Below are positions 45,949 to 56,342 of a stretch of DNA of 64,000 bases, one piece after another. Positions within the stretch are counted from its first letter, which is position 1. Each line of letters begins with the position of its first letter. The notes under the pieces were generated by a model. The model searched no databases. It had not been told where the DNA came from and saw only the letters and a program-made list of their open reading frames with translations. The stretch is taken from positions 21,902 to 85,901 of the IMG/VR virus record IMGVR_UViG_3300030098_004191; one strand, given 5' to 3'. This DNA is from a virus. A program made the translations under genes and the position numbers.

Positions 45949-47871
45949 TTACGCTGAGCTATTTTCTAGAATACTTCCGATAAACTCTAATTGTAGTGGA
46001 GCAACTTGTCCACCAGCCGTAGTCATACCAACATTCACTGTAATTGAATTAGTTGTAGTAGCACTAGGAATTAATGCTGTGCCAGAAGCAGGATCGGTGG
46101 ATCTTGGATATGCATGTTCTGATCCATTATTATCCATAGTACATGTAAAGATTAATGATTCATTTGCAATCGTAACTGTACTACCAGCAGCTCTTCTCAT
46201 ACCATTAGTAACAGCAGATTGCCAAGCATGGGTATAATCACCACCACTGCTAATTACTGCTCTAGTAAGACATCCACTAACTGCACTAACAAATGTATGA
46301 GCACTTGTATTTGTAGATGGTACAGTATCTAATATCTTCATAGTAAAAGTATTTGTAGTTACATTAGAGACAGGCAACCATCTACCACTAGCATAATCTG
46401 TTGTTCTTGGATATGTATGATTTGATGCATTACTATCCTGAGCACAAGTAAATGTTAATGAATTATCTGCAATTTTAATCTGCTCTCCATTAACAAATCC
46501 ATGACCATTAACAGTAAAGGTCATTATACCAGTATTTGGATTATATGTAACAGCACTTGGTGTATATGTATTATTTGCATTTACAAATGTATGTGCAGAA
46601 GTATTACTTGGAGATGTTCCCTGTAATGCATTAAGAGTAATTGTATTAGAAGTTACTGCGGTAATTGCAACAGCAGTATTATATGTTGGATCATTGCCGT
46701 TAGATCTTGGATATTTCTTCTGAGCACTATTACCATCTTGAGCACAAGTAAAGACTAATGATTCTTTTGCAATCTTAACCCTCTGACCCACAGAAAGACT
46801 ATGACTACCGATTGTCAATACTAAATTACCATTAGCAGGAGTGTACGTAGCATCAGATACGCTATGTCCTATAATAGGTGATGCACCGACATTAATACTA
46901 AACGTATTTGTATCTTTAGCTAATATTTGTCTCCATGAATTACTTGCAGGATCCGTTGACCTTGGATAAGTATGATTTGTGTTATTACCATCCATACTAC
47001 ATTTGAATGTCAATGCATTATCATCAAACTTAACTAGATTACCAACAGCAAATCCATGACCGTTAAGAGTACAAGTCATAATACCCACACGAGCATCATA
47101 AACTGCACCAGTTATTGTATGTTGAGTAGATGCAGCTACAAGACCATGATTAGGTATTTGCATAACTAAATCACCTGTCTTTGGATTATATGTTGTTCCA
47201 CTTACAGGACTGAATACTACCCCAGTATTTGCCGTTACTGCACCAGGTTTTGCTCTCTTAAATGTATGAATTGCAGGTTCATATGTATGTGGATATCCTT
47301 TAGCATTGCCAAGAAAAGCAGTATATGTTTTTGATGTTCCAACACTATCTACAATTTGATCAACAACATATGACTGTTGAGGATCTGGGAAAATAGTTGT
47401 AGTAATTCCAGTTCCACTAGGGCAGGTAAATGCTATACCAGCCATAGTAATTTGATCATTTGGACTGAAACCATGAACACCCATAGTGGTCACAGTTGCA
47501 ACACCAGATGGTTCATCATATGCAACATTACTTATCGTAGTAACACCTGTTTGTGATCCTCGAATGAATAATCTATCTAAAGTAAGTGCTGTTTTTTCTA
47601 GTATTAATCTACCATCAATTAATATGACAGCATCATTTGGTGGAATCTCTACATCCTTTATTATTCTTATATCTCTCTTATTTCCTGTACTTCTTGACTC
47701 TCTTCTGTGTATGAAACTTATAGTAGGATATGTTGTACCTATACCAACATTAGAAACCTGTGCATACAGCAAAATTGCAGATGTTCCTGTAGGTACTTCA
47801 TATAGTAACTGCTCTCCTGGATGAACAGGAACAGCTACTGATAAAAACTTATTGACTGGTGCAATTGCCAT
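45949..47871 (-). CDS. Virion structural protein with four FTC..D.N...H.YPR..D repeats
   Basis: MAIAPVNKF N-terminus and SILEN C-terminus typical of a cyanophage fibre-cluster protein. Confidence 0.75.
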   Translation of the reverse strand: MAIAPVNKFLSVAVPVHPGEQLLYEVPTGTSAILLYAQVSNVGIGTTYPTISFIHRRESRSTGNKRDIRIIKDVEIPPNDAVILIDGRLILEKTALTLDRLFIRGSQTGVTTISNVAYDEPSGVATVTTMGVHGFSPNDQITMAGIAFTCPSGTGITTTIFPDPQQSYVVDQIVDSVGTSKTYTAFLGNAKGYPHTYEPAIHTFKRAKPGAVTANTGVVFSPVSGTTYNPKTGDLVMQIPNHGLVAASTQHTITGAVYDARVGIMTCTLNGHGFAVGNLVKFDDNALTFKCSMDGNNTNHTYPRSTDPASNSWRQILAKDTNTFSINVGASPIIGHSVSDATYTPANGNLVLTIGSHSLSVGQRVKIAKESLVFTCAQDGNSAQKKYPRSNGNDPTYNTAVAITAVTSNTITLNALQGTSPSNTSAHTFVNANNTYTPSAVTYNPNTGIMTFTVNGHGFVNGEQIKIADNSLTFTCAQDSNASNHTYPRTTDYASGRWLPVSNVTTNTFTMKILDTVPSTNTSAHTFVSAVSGCLTRAVISSGGDYTHAWQSAVTNGMRRAAGSTVTIANESLIFTCTMDNNGSEHAYPRSTDPASGTALIPSATTTNSITVNVGMTTAGGQVAPLQLEFIGSILENSSA

Positions 47872-47872
47872 A

Positions 47873-50692
47873 TTATCTCAACGCTAGTATTAAGGGGGTT
47901 AATTGTGCTTGAATTGCTCTATTGAAATCTCTTCCTCGGATTGTGGATGTAGTTTGATCAATTACCAATCCTTGACCAATTCTAAAGTTTCCTTTTTGAT
48001 CCGTACTGGTAAATGGTACTTGTCCACCATCAATAGCGACAATTTCATTTGCAGGAATTGGCTCACCACCTTGGAAGGGGTTTGCAGTATTTAGGTCAGT
48101 ACCAGCTCCAATATATTCAAAGGAATGAGAACTGGTAATGATCCTACTAATTCTCTTAAATTCAGCAGTTGATCCTACAGAAACAGCATAAGGAATAAAT
48201 TCATTAAATGTTACTGTAGATAATCCAGCATTAGGAGCAGTAGATGGTTCTGTTGCTTCACTTACAGTATAATAGATAGGATCCATAACTGCTTCCAATA
48301 CAGCATTACCACCACCAGAAACTGAAAGAGTAACAATTTGTTCATTTGTTCCATTACCAGTAGGTAAGAAATTTCTTCCACTAGCAATTATATCAACTGA
48401 TGTGATTGTTCCTGCTGCACTTACATTAGCAGAAAATTCTGCTCTAATTCCTTCTGGTCCTTGAGGTACAGATGCAATAATATTTGGTGGTGCTCCTGAA
48501 TTATAATCACCATCATTACCACCATTAACAACTTTAACACTTCTAACTAAATTAAAAGGTGCTGTTGTAACTCCTGTAGCAGTAGTATCATTATAATCAT
48601 CCAAATCAACTTTAAAGAATGCAGCTTGACCATCAAATGGCTTTCTTATGTTATTCAATGTATCTCTTACACCTAAAACAGCATAACTATCAGTTCCAGC
48701 AACACCTGTAGCACTAACAGATCCCGTAAATTCAGTAGATCCTACACCCACAGCCTTTAATCCAAAATTACCGAATGATGAGTTAGAGTTTGTTAAATCA
48801 CACTGTCCACCAGTATCAGCATATATGGCAACATCACAACCAATAGTAAATATTGAAACTAACTGAGCATATGCATTATTAGTAAGTGATACACCAACAC
48901 CATTCTGATTATATTGAGTAAATGAATCACATACCATACTCTTAATATCTTGCCCTAAGTTGTTTGTTCCTGTAAATGCAGCATTAACACTATTACCATC
49001 AATCTTCATACCAACACTACCACTCATAAAATTAGTACAGTTTCTTACATAAGGACTCTTATATCTACCAGTTTTACCTTCATTAGCAGGACCAGGAGCA
49101 ACATAACCAGTGGCAGCAAATTCAGAAGGAGTTGTTGGTGGGAAAGCAACAGCACCACAACCAAAATGATTAAATGAAACTCCACCTTGATTATCAGTAT
49201 TAGGTCCAGAGAAATTAAGGTTTTGTACTAAACATCCTCTACGAACATGGAATACATCTTTATTTCTATTCTGAGGAACTATAGTTACAAGACGTAGATC
49301 TTCACCAGATACAGAAACATCAGTTCTTAATCCAATTGGATTATTTTCAACATAAGTACCAGAACGAACAATAATAGTATCACCTTCCATTGCTACTGTT
49401 GCAGCAGCACCAACAGTTCTCTTTGCATCACCTTCTAATAATCCACTATTTGTATCACATCCATTCTCAGAAACCCAAATAGCATTTTTTGTTTCAACAC
49501 CAGATGGTCTCCATGATACACCAGAACCAACTGATGCTAAACGATAATCCGTCTTACATATACCAACACCAGTATTATTATTAATATCAATTAATGAACT
49601 ATTAAGTTCTACGGTAGAATCAAACTGAGCTGCTCCATCAACTTCTAACGTTGATTTGAATGTACTAGCAGCACCTACTTCTAAATGATTTTGAAGTGTA
49701 GTATCCCCATCAACATTTAATTTTTGATCTAAATCCGTATCACCTTTAACATTAAGTTTATTATCTGCTGTTACATCACCTCTAAGTCTTGATGTTCCAT
49801 CAACATTTAATGTAGTATCTAAATCTGTAGCACCTTGAACATTTAATGTATCTTTTAATGTCGTTGCTTGATTAACTTCAAGAGTATTCATGAATGTGAC
49901 TGCACCATCCACATTTAATGTATTATCAAAATCAACAGAACCCGTAACATGAACTGTTCCACTAACATCTAATTGAGCACTTGGTCCAGAATTGTTAATA
50001 CCAACCTTGGTCATTCTATAGATGTCGCCTTCAGCAGTCCATCCCCATAAATCATATGACTCTATATCAGCAATCATTGTTGGATTGCTTGGATTTGGTA
50101 TTGGAATAATAGAAGTAGTTCCTATACCAAGACTATTATTATCAACAAAATTTAAGGTAGTAAATGTCTGAGCAGTACCTGTTTTTGGAATATAAGTTCC
50201 TTGATCTTGTATGAATATTCCTTCTTGATCAACTGGAGATGCTTGTACCCAACGAATACCACTTTCATCTTGATTTAAATAATATCCATTCGCACCCGAA
50301 GAATTTACAGAATCGTAAATATCAGCATCAATCTTAACACTACCAGCAACATCAAGTTTCTGTTCAGGAATTGTACTTCCTATTCCAACATTACCTGATC
50401 CAAGTCCAGATGAAATACCAGCTATAACTGTTCCACCAACACCTACATGGAAATATTCAGTTACTGTAAGAATACCTACTTGTAATGTATAAAATTCTGC
50501 TGGACTTAAGAAGGTAGTTACACCTACAAAATAACTATCTCCTCCAACATATAAATCACCCTCCAGATTTATATCATTAGCATTGATTGTACCAATACCT
50601 GCCTGTGTAAAATCATAGTATAATCTACCGTAAATATATACGTCTTCAAATACTGAACTACCTGATTGTGGAATTGGATTGTCGAGTGTCAT
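47873..50692 (-). CDS. Virion structural protein with beta-helix-like domain
   Basis: LNVDG repeats; GTYVENNPI..GEDLR..SPYVRNCTNF..SMVCDSFTQYNQ..SSHSFEYIGAG. Confidence 0.75.
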   Translation of the reverse strand: MTLDNPIPQSGSSVFEDVYIYGRLYYDFTQAGIGTINANDINLEGDLYVGGDSYFVGVTTFLSPAEFYTLQVGILTVTEYFHVGVGGTVIAGISSGLGSGNVGIGSTIPEQKLDVAGSVKIDADIYDSVNSSGANGYYLNQDESGIRWVQASPVDQEGIFIQDQGTYIPKTGTAQTFTTLNFVDNNSLGIGTTSIIPIPNPSNPTMIADIESYDLWGWTAEGDIYRMTKVGINNSGPSAQLDVSGTVHVTGSVDFDNTLNVDGAVTFMNTLEVNQATTLKDTLNVQGATDLDTTLNVDGTSRLRGDVTADNKLNVKGDTDLDQKLNVDGDTTLQNHLEVGAASTFKSTLEVDGAAQFDSTVELNSSLIDINNNTGVGICKTDYRLASVGSGVSWRPSGVETKNAIWVSENGCDTNSGLLEGDAKRTVGAAATVAMEGDTIIVRSGTYVENNPIGLRTDVSVSGEDLRLVTIVPQNRNKDVFHVRRGCLVQNLNFSGPNTDNQGGVSFNHFGCGAVAFPPTTPSEFAATGYVAPGPANEGKTGRYKSPYVRNCTNFMSGSVGMKIDGNSVNAAFTGTNNLGQDIKSMVCDSFTQYNQNGVGVSLTNNAYAQLVSIFTIGCDVAIYADTGGQCDLTNSNSSFGNFGLKAVGVGSTEFTGSVSATGVAGTDSYAVLGVRDTLNNIRKPFDGQAAFFKVDLDDYNDTTATGVTTAPFNLVRSVKVVNGGNDGDYNSGAPPNIIASVPQGPEGIRAEFSANVSAAGTITSVDIIASGRNFLPTGNGTNEQIVTLSVSGGGNAVLEAVMDPIYYTVSEATEPSTAPNAGLSTVTFNEFIPYAVSVGSTAEFKRISRIITSSHSFEYIGAGTDLNTANPFQGGEPIPANEIVAIDGGQVPFTSTDQKGNFRIGQGLVIDQTTSTIRGRDFNRAIQAQLTPLILALR

Positions 50693-51288
50693 ATTAGTGA
50701 ATTTACCTTATCTAAGATTTTAGTTGCTTTATTCTCAAGAGCTGAGAATCCAACTGATGCACCTGCTGCTGCAGCAACCTTATCAGCCACCATACTCTTA
50801 CTAAATGATTTCATAAAACTTTCAGTTTTAAGTAATACTGCCATGTTTCCATGTTTTGGAGCACCCAAATCAATCTTTTTGGCAGTAGCAGTAATGCTTT
50901 CACATTTTCCAGGATTTGTATATCCTAGTCGGATCTTTCTACCCTGAATAACAACCTCATTAGTGGCATCAAGAATAATATTTGGACCTTTAATTTTAAC
51001 CCAAGTACCATTTGATATACACTGTATTGCCATATCACCCTTATGGGCAAATAAAGTAACACTATTTTCACCTTTTTTGGCTTTTATACCACCTTGAATT
51101 TGAAGTTTACCCTCAGATTCAATACTGGCCATACCATTTTCATATAATCCAGCATTAAATTTAACCTTAGCCTCATTTTCTGCTCGAAAAACGAATGATG
51201 CAACACCACATGTACCAACTTTACTAGAACCAGTTTCAAGAACACATTGGGGACCAAATTGATCAATCGTCCTATTTTCTTCAGTCAT
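50689..51288 (-). CDS. Beta-strand-rich protein, gp5 C-terminal spike-like
   Basis: Alternating beta-repeat pattern (IKGPNIILDATNEVVIQGRKIRL); follows the gp5-like gene. Confidence 0.5.
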   Translation of the reverse strand: MTEENRTIDQFGPQCVLETGSSKVGTCGVASFVFRAENEAKVKFNAGLYENGMASIESEGKLQIQGGIKAKKGENSVTLFAHKGDMAIQCISNGTWVKIKGPNIILDATNEVVIQGRKIRLGYTNPGKCESITATAKKIDLGAPKHGNMAVLLKTESFMKSFSKSMVADKVAAAAGASVGFSALENKATKILDKVNSLI

Positions 51289-53084
51289 TATGTAACACAG
51301 TCAATTACTTGTACCACTTCAGTCTGTGGAATTTCTTTAGTCATTATAGGACGAAGAATAGCACCAGTACCTACATTGAAATTTATTTTAGGTAATTCTC
51401 TATAAGGATTATCTGGTGTTTTCACACATGTAATTCCACCAATAGAATTAACACCACAGATTTCAAAACCATCAATCTCATCACCCTCTACATATCCCTC
51501 TCCTGGTTGTTGAATAATAACTTCCTTAATATATAAATCTTCCTCATCAGCAACTGGATAATCCTCTCCTTGAGATGTTATTGTTACGGCAATAACTTGT
51601 CCAAATGTAGGTGAATTTTGATTATAATCAATAATTGCTTCACCATAAGCACCATATCCTTTATCACAACTATCAGTAAACGCTACTAATGGTGGTTCTG
51701 TATAACCAGATCCTGGGCTAGTCATTTCAACACCAATAATACTTCCTACCCTCTCTATATCACCAAGTATATCTTCCTTATCAAATTTATTGATAAACCT
51801 ACCCATTAAAACTTTACCAGCAGCACCAAATCCATCTCCACCAAAAAATTCAATAGAAGGCATCCCACAATCAAATTCATTACCAGTATTACTACAATCT
51901 CCTATACCAGCATCTCTTGCACTACCAAGTTTAGATCCAAAAACTTCAAATTCACCATAGTTTTCTTCAAATTCACTTAATCCACCTTCAATACCACCAA
52001 GTAATCCATCTTTTGCATCCTTTACTCTACCAAAAGCATTATTAGCAGCATTAAATGCTTTTGTTATTGAAGACTGTTGTTCTTTATCACTCTTATCTTT
52101 CCTTTCACCACCGTCAATTACATATTTACTACTAGCAACAGGTGGTGTTGCTTCATTACATGAAAATAAATTCTTAAGTTTATTAGCAATACCAAGTCCA
52201 CCCATTATAGTATCTTTAATTTTAAATACTGCACCAATAGGACTCATTAATTTCTGTATAGGTCCAAGAAAAGGTCCAACAAGAGAATCAATAACATTAG
52301 TGATCTTATGAACTAAACCACCAACAAACTGTTGAGCAGCACAAACTGGAGTATTAATAATATTTTTAACCATTCCTGTGAGCATATCTTCAATAGCACC
52401 TTTGATTGCACCAGCAGCATTTCCTACTAGACAACTCATTTTACCCATAATCATCTTGACTGGATCCATCAAAGCTGATTGAACTCTTATCGTAGTTGCT
52501 ATGGCAGTCAATTTTTCTGGAATTGTAGCGAAGAAAAATTGCTTTAGACCCTCAAGACCCTTTTGAATGAATACCTCCATTTTATCAGTAAGAGCATTAC
52601 CAATTTGACTAACAAAACCCTTACTAAGATCGGAGACTGACCCTACAACATTCTTAAGTTCAGCAGGAAAATTAATAAGTTCACTACCACCTGCGGTTAT
52701 TAACTTGAAGAAATTACTAACCTGTGCTTCAGTTTCAGAAAAGAAATTATCTTTAGTGGGATCTGCAAGCATAATTTCCATCCCCGTAGCCAAAGATTGA
52801 GGAGGAAGTAATACCAAATTCTTCTGCCTATATGATTCCAACAGAGAATAATACCTATCTTTAGCAAGACCAGTCAAACTATCTGGATCTTTAGGAGTTA
52901 AATTACCAAGCTGTTCTGAAAATGTACTTTTAAGAGTAGAAATTTGATTTTGAAAATCAGGAGGATTTAACTCTATCAATTCTTTATATGCCTCTAATTT
53001 TCTGACAGAAAGCTTCGCAGTACCTTCCTTAATTGCAGAAGTTGCTTGTTCAATACTTTGATCTAAATTAAATGATGATGTCAT
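51288..53084 (-). CDS. Baseplate hub gp5-like protein (C-terminal portion)
   Basis: PVCAAQQFVG, FFGGDGFGAAG, PGSGYTEPPLVAFTDSCDKGYGA and VVQVIDCV, typical of cyanophage gp5. Confidence 0.65.
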   Translation of the reverse strand: MTSSFNLDQSIEQATSAIKEGTAKLSVRKLEAYKELIELNPPDFQNQISTLKSTFSEQLGNLTPKDPDSLTGLAKDRYYSLLESYRQKNLVLLPPQSLATGMEIMLADPTKDNFFSETEAQVSNFFKLITAGGSELINFPAELKNVVGSVSDLSKGFVSQIGNALTDKMEVFIQKGLEGLKQFFFATIPEKLTAIATTIRVQSALMDPVKMIMGKMSCLVGNAAGAIKGAIEDMLTGMVKNIINTPVCAAQQFVGGLVHKITNVIDSLVGPFLGPIQKLMSPIGAVFKIKDTIMGGLGIANKLKNLFSCNEATPPVASSKYVIDGGERKDKSDKEQQSSITKAFNAANNAFGRVKDAKDGLLGGIEGGLSEFEENYGEFEVFGSKLGSARDAGIGDCSNTGNEFDCGMPSIEFFGGDGFGAAGKVLMGRFINKFDKEDILGDIERVGSIIGVEMTSPGSGYTEPPLVAFTDSCDKGYGAYGEAIIDYNQNSPTFGQVIAVTITSQGEDYPVADEEDLYIKEVIIQQPGEGYVEGDEIDGFEICGVNSIGGITCVKTPDNPYRELPKINFNVGTGAILRPIMTKEIPQTEVVQVIDCVT

Positions 53085-53112
53085 AGTATGTAATACCTCC
53101 GTTTATTATTTA

Positions 53113-54048
53113 TTAAAAGAAATCAAAGCTTGGATCATTCCTTATTTCTTCACTAGACAACTTCATTGTCTCCTCCCATGCAGCATCATCAGCCGCTTGG
53201 TCAAAAACTTCTCCTCCTGCTGCTGCAATCTGTTGTTGTCTTAGACGTTCATTCTCTTTTGCTTCTTGATATGCTGCATCAGCAGTAGAAACCTCACTAT
53301 CAGTAGCACTCGTATATTCTTGAAGTACCTGTGCTTTATCTTTAGTTGGATCGTTTAGATTGTTTATAAGATTTTGTTCTGCCATTGCAATCTGAACTGT
53401 TTCATTATTAGATTGTCCAACTTCAAGTGCTTCTGTTGGTGTATTCGGATTAGTTGGAGTTATAGTTCCTAAATTAGGTATTACATGTACTGGTTTTTTA
53501 ATTTCAGCCAGCTTTGAATCTCCATCAGGATCTAATCCTACTTGTTTTAAATTCTCATTACCACTTGATCTTTCGGTTTTACTACCAGATCTCAAATATG
53601 GTGTTGAAGCACCACCTTGCTCGTTAATCTCCTGTCTTCCCAAAACTCCTGGTTGTATTGTGCCAAACCATCCTGTTATTTTATCCCAGACACTTTCAAC
53701 AGTATCTTTCAAAGCATGATATTTAGTTCTTGGAAATACTCCAGTAATTATAGGTAATCCATCATCACCATTCGCATAGAAACCAAAAACCATATCTCCT
53801 TGTGCGATTCTCACAGGAGTTAATCTACCACCTCCACCAGATCCTGCTGTTGTAGGCAACATTACAATGGCATATCTAATGTCTTGTTCTTTGATCGTAT
53901 CCTTCTCAGAATAATCACCAATAATACGAACCTTATATCTCCATCCCCAACCCAATCCAGAGACCTGCTTTCTCTGCGAATTAAATCCTACGACCATCCC
54001 AACGAATGGAATTAAAGGGGTTTTACCAAATGTACCTGGATCAAACAT
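53113..54048 (-). CDS. gp5 N-terminal OB-fold-like protein
   Basis: GWGWRYKVRIIG..A.VMLPTTAGSG..GDMVFGFY..P.I.GV. Confidence 0.7.
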   Translation of the reverse strand: MFDPGTFGKTPLIPFVGMVVGFNSQRKQVSGLGWGWRYKVRIIGDYSEKDTIKEQDIRYAIVMLPTTAGSGGGGRLTPVRIAQGDMVFGFYANGDDGLPIITGVFPRTKYHALKDTVESVWDKITGWFGTIQPGVLGRQEINEQGGASTPYLRSGSKTERSSGNENLKQVGLDPDGDSKLAEIKKPVHVIPNLGTITPTNPNTPTEALEVGQSNNETVQIAMAEQNLINNLNDPTKDKAQVLQEYTSATDSEVSTADAAYQEAKENERLRQQQIAAAGGEVFDQAADDAAWEETMKLSSEEIRNDPSFDFF

Positions 54049-55331
54049 TATTCTTTACCTATACCATATGTATCACGAGCAAGAGTCAATGAAGTATAAG
54101 ACTTCAATGGATCAAAATGATGACAAAGATGTAGAATAAGATATTTACCACTTTGTTGCTGATTAATCATATCATTTGCTTTATTACCTTTAGTTATTTT
54201 CTCAAAAGTACATTCAATAACATCACCAGCTCTTAGATTTACATTACATGGAACCTGAATATCAACAACTTGAGAATGTAACATATCATATCTCATTGCA
54301 GATTTTGCTTCCCATGTAAAAGGATTATTCTCAACATCATATTTAACATCAGGATCCATTGACCCAATATCTAAAAGATGATGATATGTTCTTATAGCAT
54401 TATCTTTATTATCACTAGGGTCTTTAGGTTCTGAATCTTTTCCAAGTGTTTGTTTTGGTGTTAAATAAACAAATTCTTCATTAATTTCATGTGTTAAAGG
54501 ATTTGTAGTTATAATTCTAGCTTTATATGATCCTGATTTTAATGCATTAATTATATCCTGATCTTTTTTAAATATAGGAGATGTTAAAATTTTAAAATCA
54601 TTAGCATCATTATCACTATTAGCTCTTAAAACACCTTCATATCGATAAGTTGCAATTGGTTTTTGTTTTATAAGAGTGTCTATAGACTTAAAATTTAAAC
54701 CATCTTGAGTTTCATAGAAGAAATATCCAGGATCTCCATTGGTATGTGGGATAGATTTCTTAGCTAGTGATATGATTAAATCATATGGAGTCTTACTTCT
54801 ACCAATAATTGCATCCATATTTAAAGTCTCTTCAATATCAACTGCTTCATCTGGTACTTTTACTTCTTTTATAAGTTTAGAAACCATCTGATTAATCTTA
54901 CCTTTAAGTTTCTTTCTTACAGGAATATCTCTATTTTTATATTCATATTGAGAAACAAGAGAAAGAGAAACAATCTGTTTTAATGTATCCTGTTTTATAA
55001 TCGGAGCACTACTTACTATTAATGGGTTTTTTGTAAGATCCAATATTCCTGATTTAGATTCTATCTTAATACTTACCTTTTCACCTCCAGTTATGGGTAA
55101 ATTATCTTTAACAGTACCAAGACTCTCTTTATCATCTACAGTAGATCCACCATCATCTACATTTAGTAAATTTACAGTAATCATTGGAGAATATAAACTC
55201 TCATAATAATCAACTGATAAAGTCTTAGAACTATTACCACTCTTATCAGGAACACCAGAAAGATCTACTGGTGGTTTCTTACCATTATCAATGGATAATG
55301 TTGTATAAATTGAGGCTGATGATGCTGACAT
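54048..55331 (-). CDS. Baseplate hub protein (gp27-like)
   Basis: YYESLYSP, GYFFYETQDGLNFKSID, VPCNVNLRAGDVI, SGKYLILHLCHHF. Confidence 0.65.
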   Translation of the reverse strand: MSASSASIYTTLSIDNGKKPPVDLSGVPDKSGNSSKTLSVDYYESLYSPMITVNLLNVDDGGSTVDDKESLGTVKDNLPITGGEKVSIKIESKSGILDLTKNPLIVSSAPIIKQDTLKQIVSLSLVSQYEYKNRDIPVRKKLKGKINQMVSKLIKEVKVPDEAVDIEETLNMDAIIGRSKTPYDLIISLAKKSIPHTNGDPGYFFYETQDGLNFKSIDTLIKQKPIATYRYEGVLRANSDNDANDFKILTSPIFKKDQDIINALKSGSYKARIITTNPLTHEINEEFVYLTPKQTLGKDSEPKDPSDNKDNAIRTYHHLLDIGSMDPDVKYDVENNPFTWEAKSAMRYDMLHSQVVDIQVPCNVNLRAGDVIECTFEKITKGNKANDMINQQQSGKYLILHLCHHFDPLKSYTSLTLARDTYGIGKE

Positions 55332-56339
55332 TTATGGTACTTTAATGTATTCCTTTTTAATGACTGTTTTAGTAATAACAACCGTATCTTGATCAGTAGA
55401 ACTATTTAACTCATCAAGATTATTATTTTTACTCAATTTAATATCATTTAAATTAAATTGATTTTTTATATTTTCAATTTTTAAATTATTTAAATCAATA
55501 TTATTATCTTTAGCCCATTTTAAAAATATAACACGTTTTTGCATTTCTTTTCTTTGAGATTTATCACCACCCTCACTTTTAGATTTTTCTATTGCAAGAA
55601 GTAATTCTTCAAGATTCATCTCTTGCCATCTTTTATCACTACCTTCCATAACAATATCAGTACCAGATTTATTAAGTTGACCTACACCTTGATTAACTTG
55701 TTTTAAAGTTACTTTTTTATCTGCTTCCTTTACTTTCTTATTAAGATCATCTGCATCTATAGTATCAAGAGCACTATTCATCTTACCTAAAGCACTATCA
55801 AATTCTTCTTTTTCTTTTTCAAGTCTATCATTATTACCCTGAAATGCTGAAATTATATTACCAATACCATCTTTAATATTAACAATAAATTTAACAAATC
55901 CAGCAATCAATTCTTTAACCTTTTCCAAAGATTTCATTATTTTTTCAATATTAGTTATTGCCAATCCAAATAAAAGTGTATATATGAATTTCTTTAATCC
56001 AGAAATAACTGGACTATTAAGTATTCCAGAACCAGGTATTTTATTACTTGTACTTTTTCTCTCTAAACTCCTTTCTTTGTGCAATCTCATATGTTCATTC
56101 ATAAGTGATTTCTTTATACGTTGTCTATTCTTCTTTATTTTACCTATTCTTTTATTAGATTTAACAATATTATTTCTAACTTTAGTAGAAGATTTTACTA
56201 ATTTTCCACTAGACTTCGCTCCTTTAGCAGTCATTTTTGCAGTACCTTTCGCAGCAGCAGAAATCCCCTTTGCAGTTCCTGCAACAGCTTTACCAATTAC
56301 TGCTCCTACTTTTGCTAATCCTGCTACAAATGCTGGCAT
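55332..56339 (-). CDS. Basic helical hub/tape-measure-associated protein
   Basis: Helical and Lys-rich; lies between gp51 and the hub gene. Confidence 0.5.
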   Translation of the reverse strand: MPAFVAGLAKVGAVIGKAVAGTAKGISAAAKGTAKMTAKGAKSSGKLVKSSTKVRNNIVKSNKRIGKIKKNRQRIKKSLMNEHMRLHKERSLERKSTSNKIPGSGILNSPVISGLKKFIYTLLFGLAITNIEKIMKSLEKVKELIAGFVKFIVNIKDGIGNIISAFQGNNDRLEKEKEEFDSALGKMNSALDTIDADDLNKKVKEADKKVTLKQVNQGVGQLNKSGTDIVMEGSDKRWQEMNLEELLLAIEKSKSEGGDKSQRKEMQKRVIFLKWAKDNNIDLNNLKIENIKNQFNLNDIKLSKNNNLDELNSSTDQDTVVITKTVIKKEYIKVP

Positions 56340-56342
56340 GAT

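Noticed and set aside
27873-50692. Diversity-generating retroelement or invertible fibre cassette
   Set aside because: No reverse transcriptase or recombinase, and no template/variable repeat pair or flanking inverted repeats noticed.
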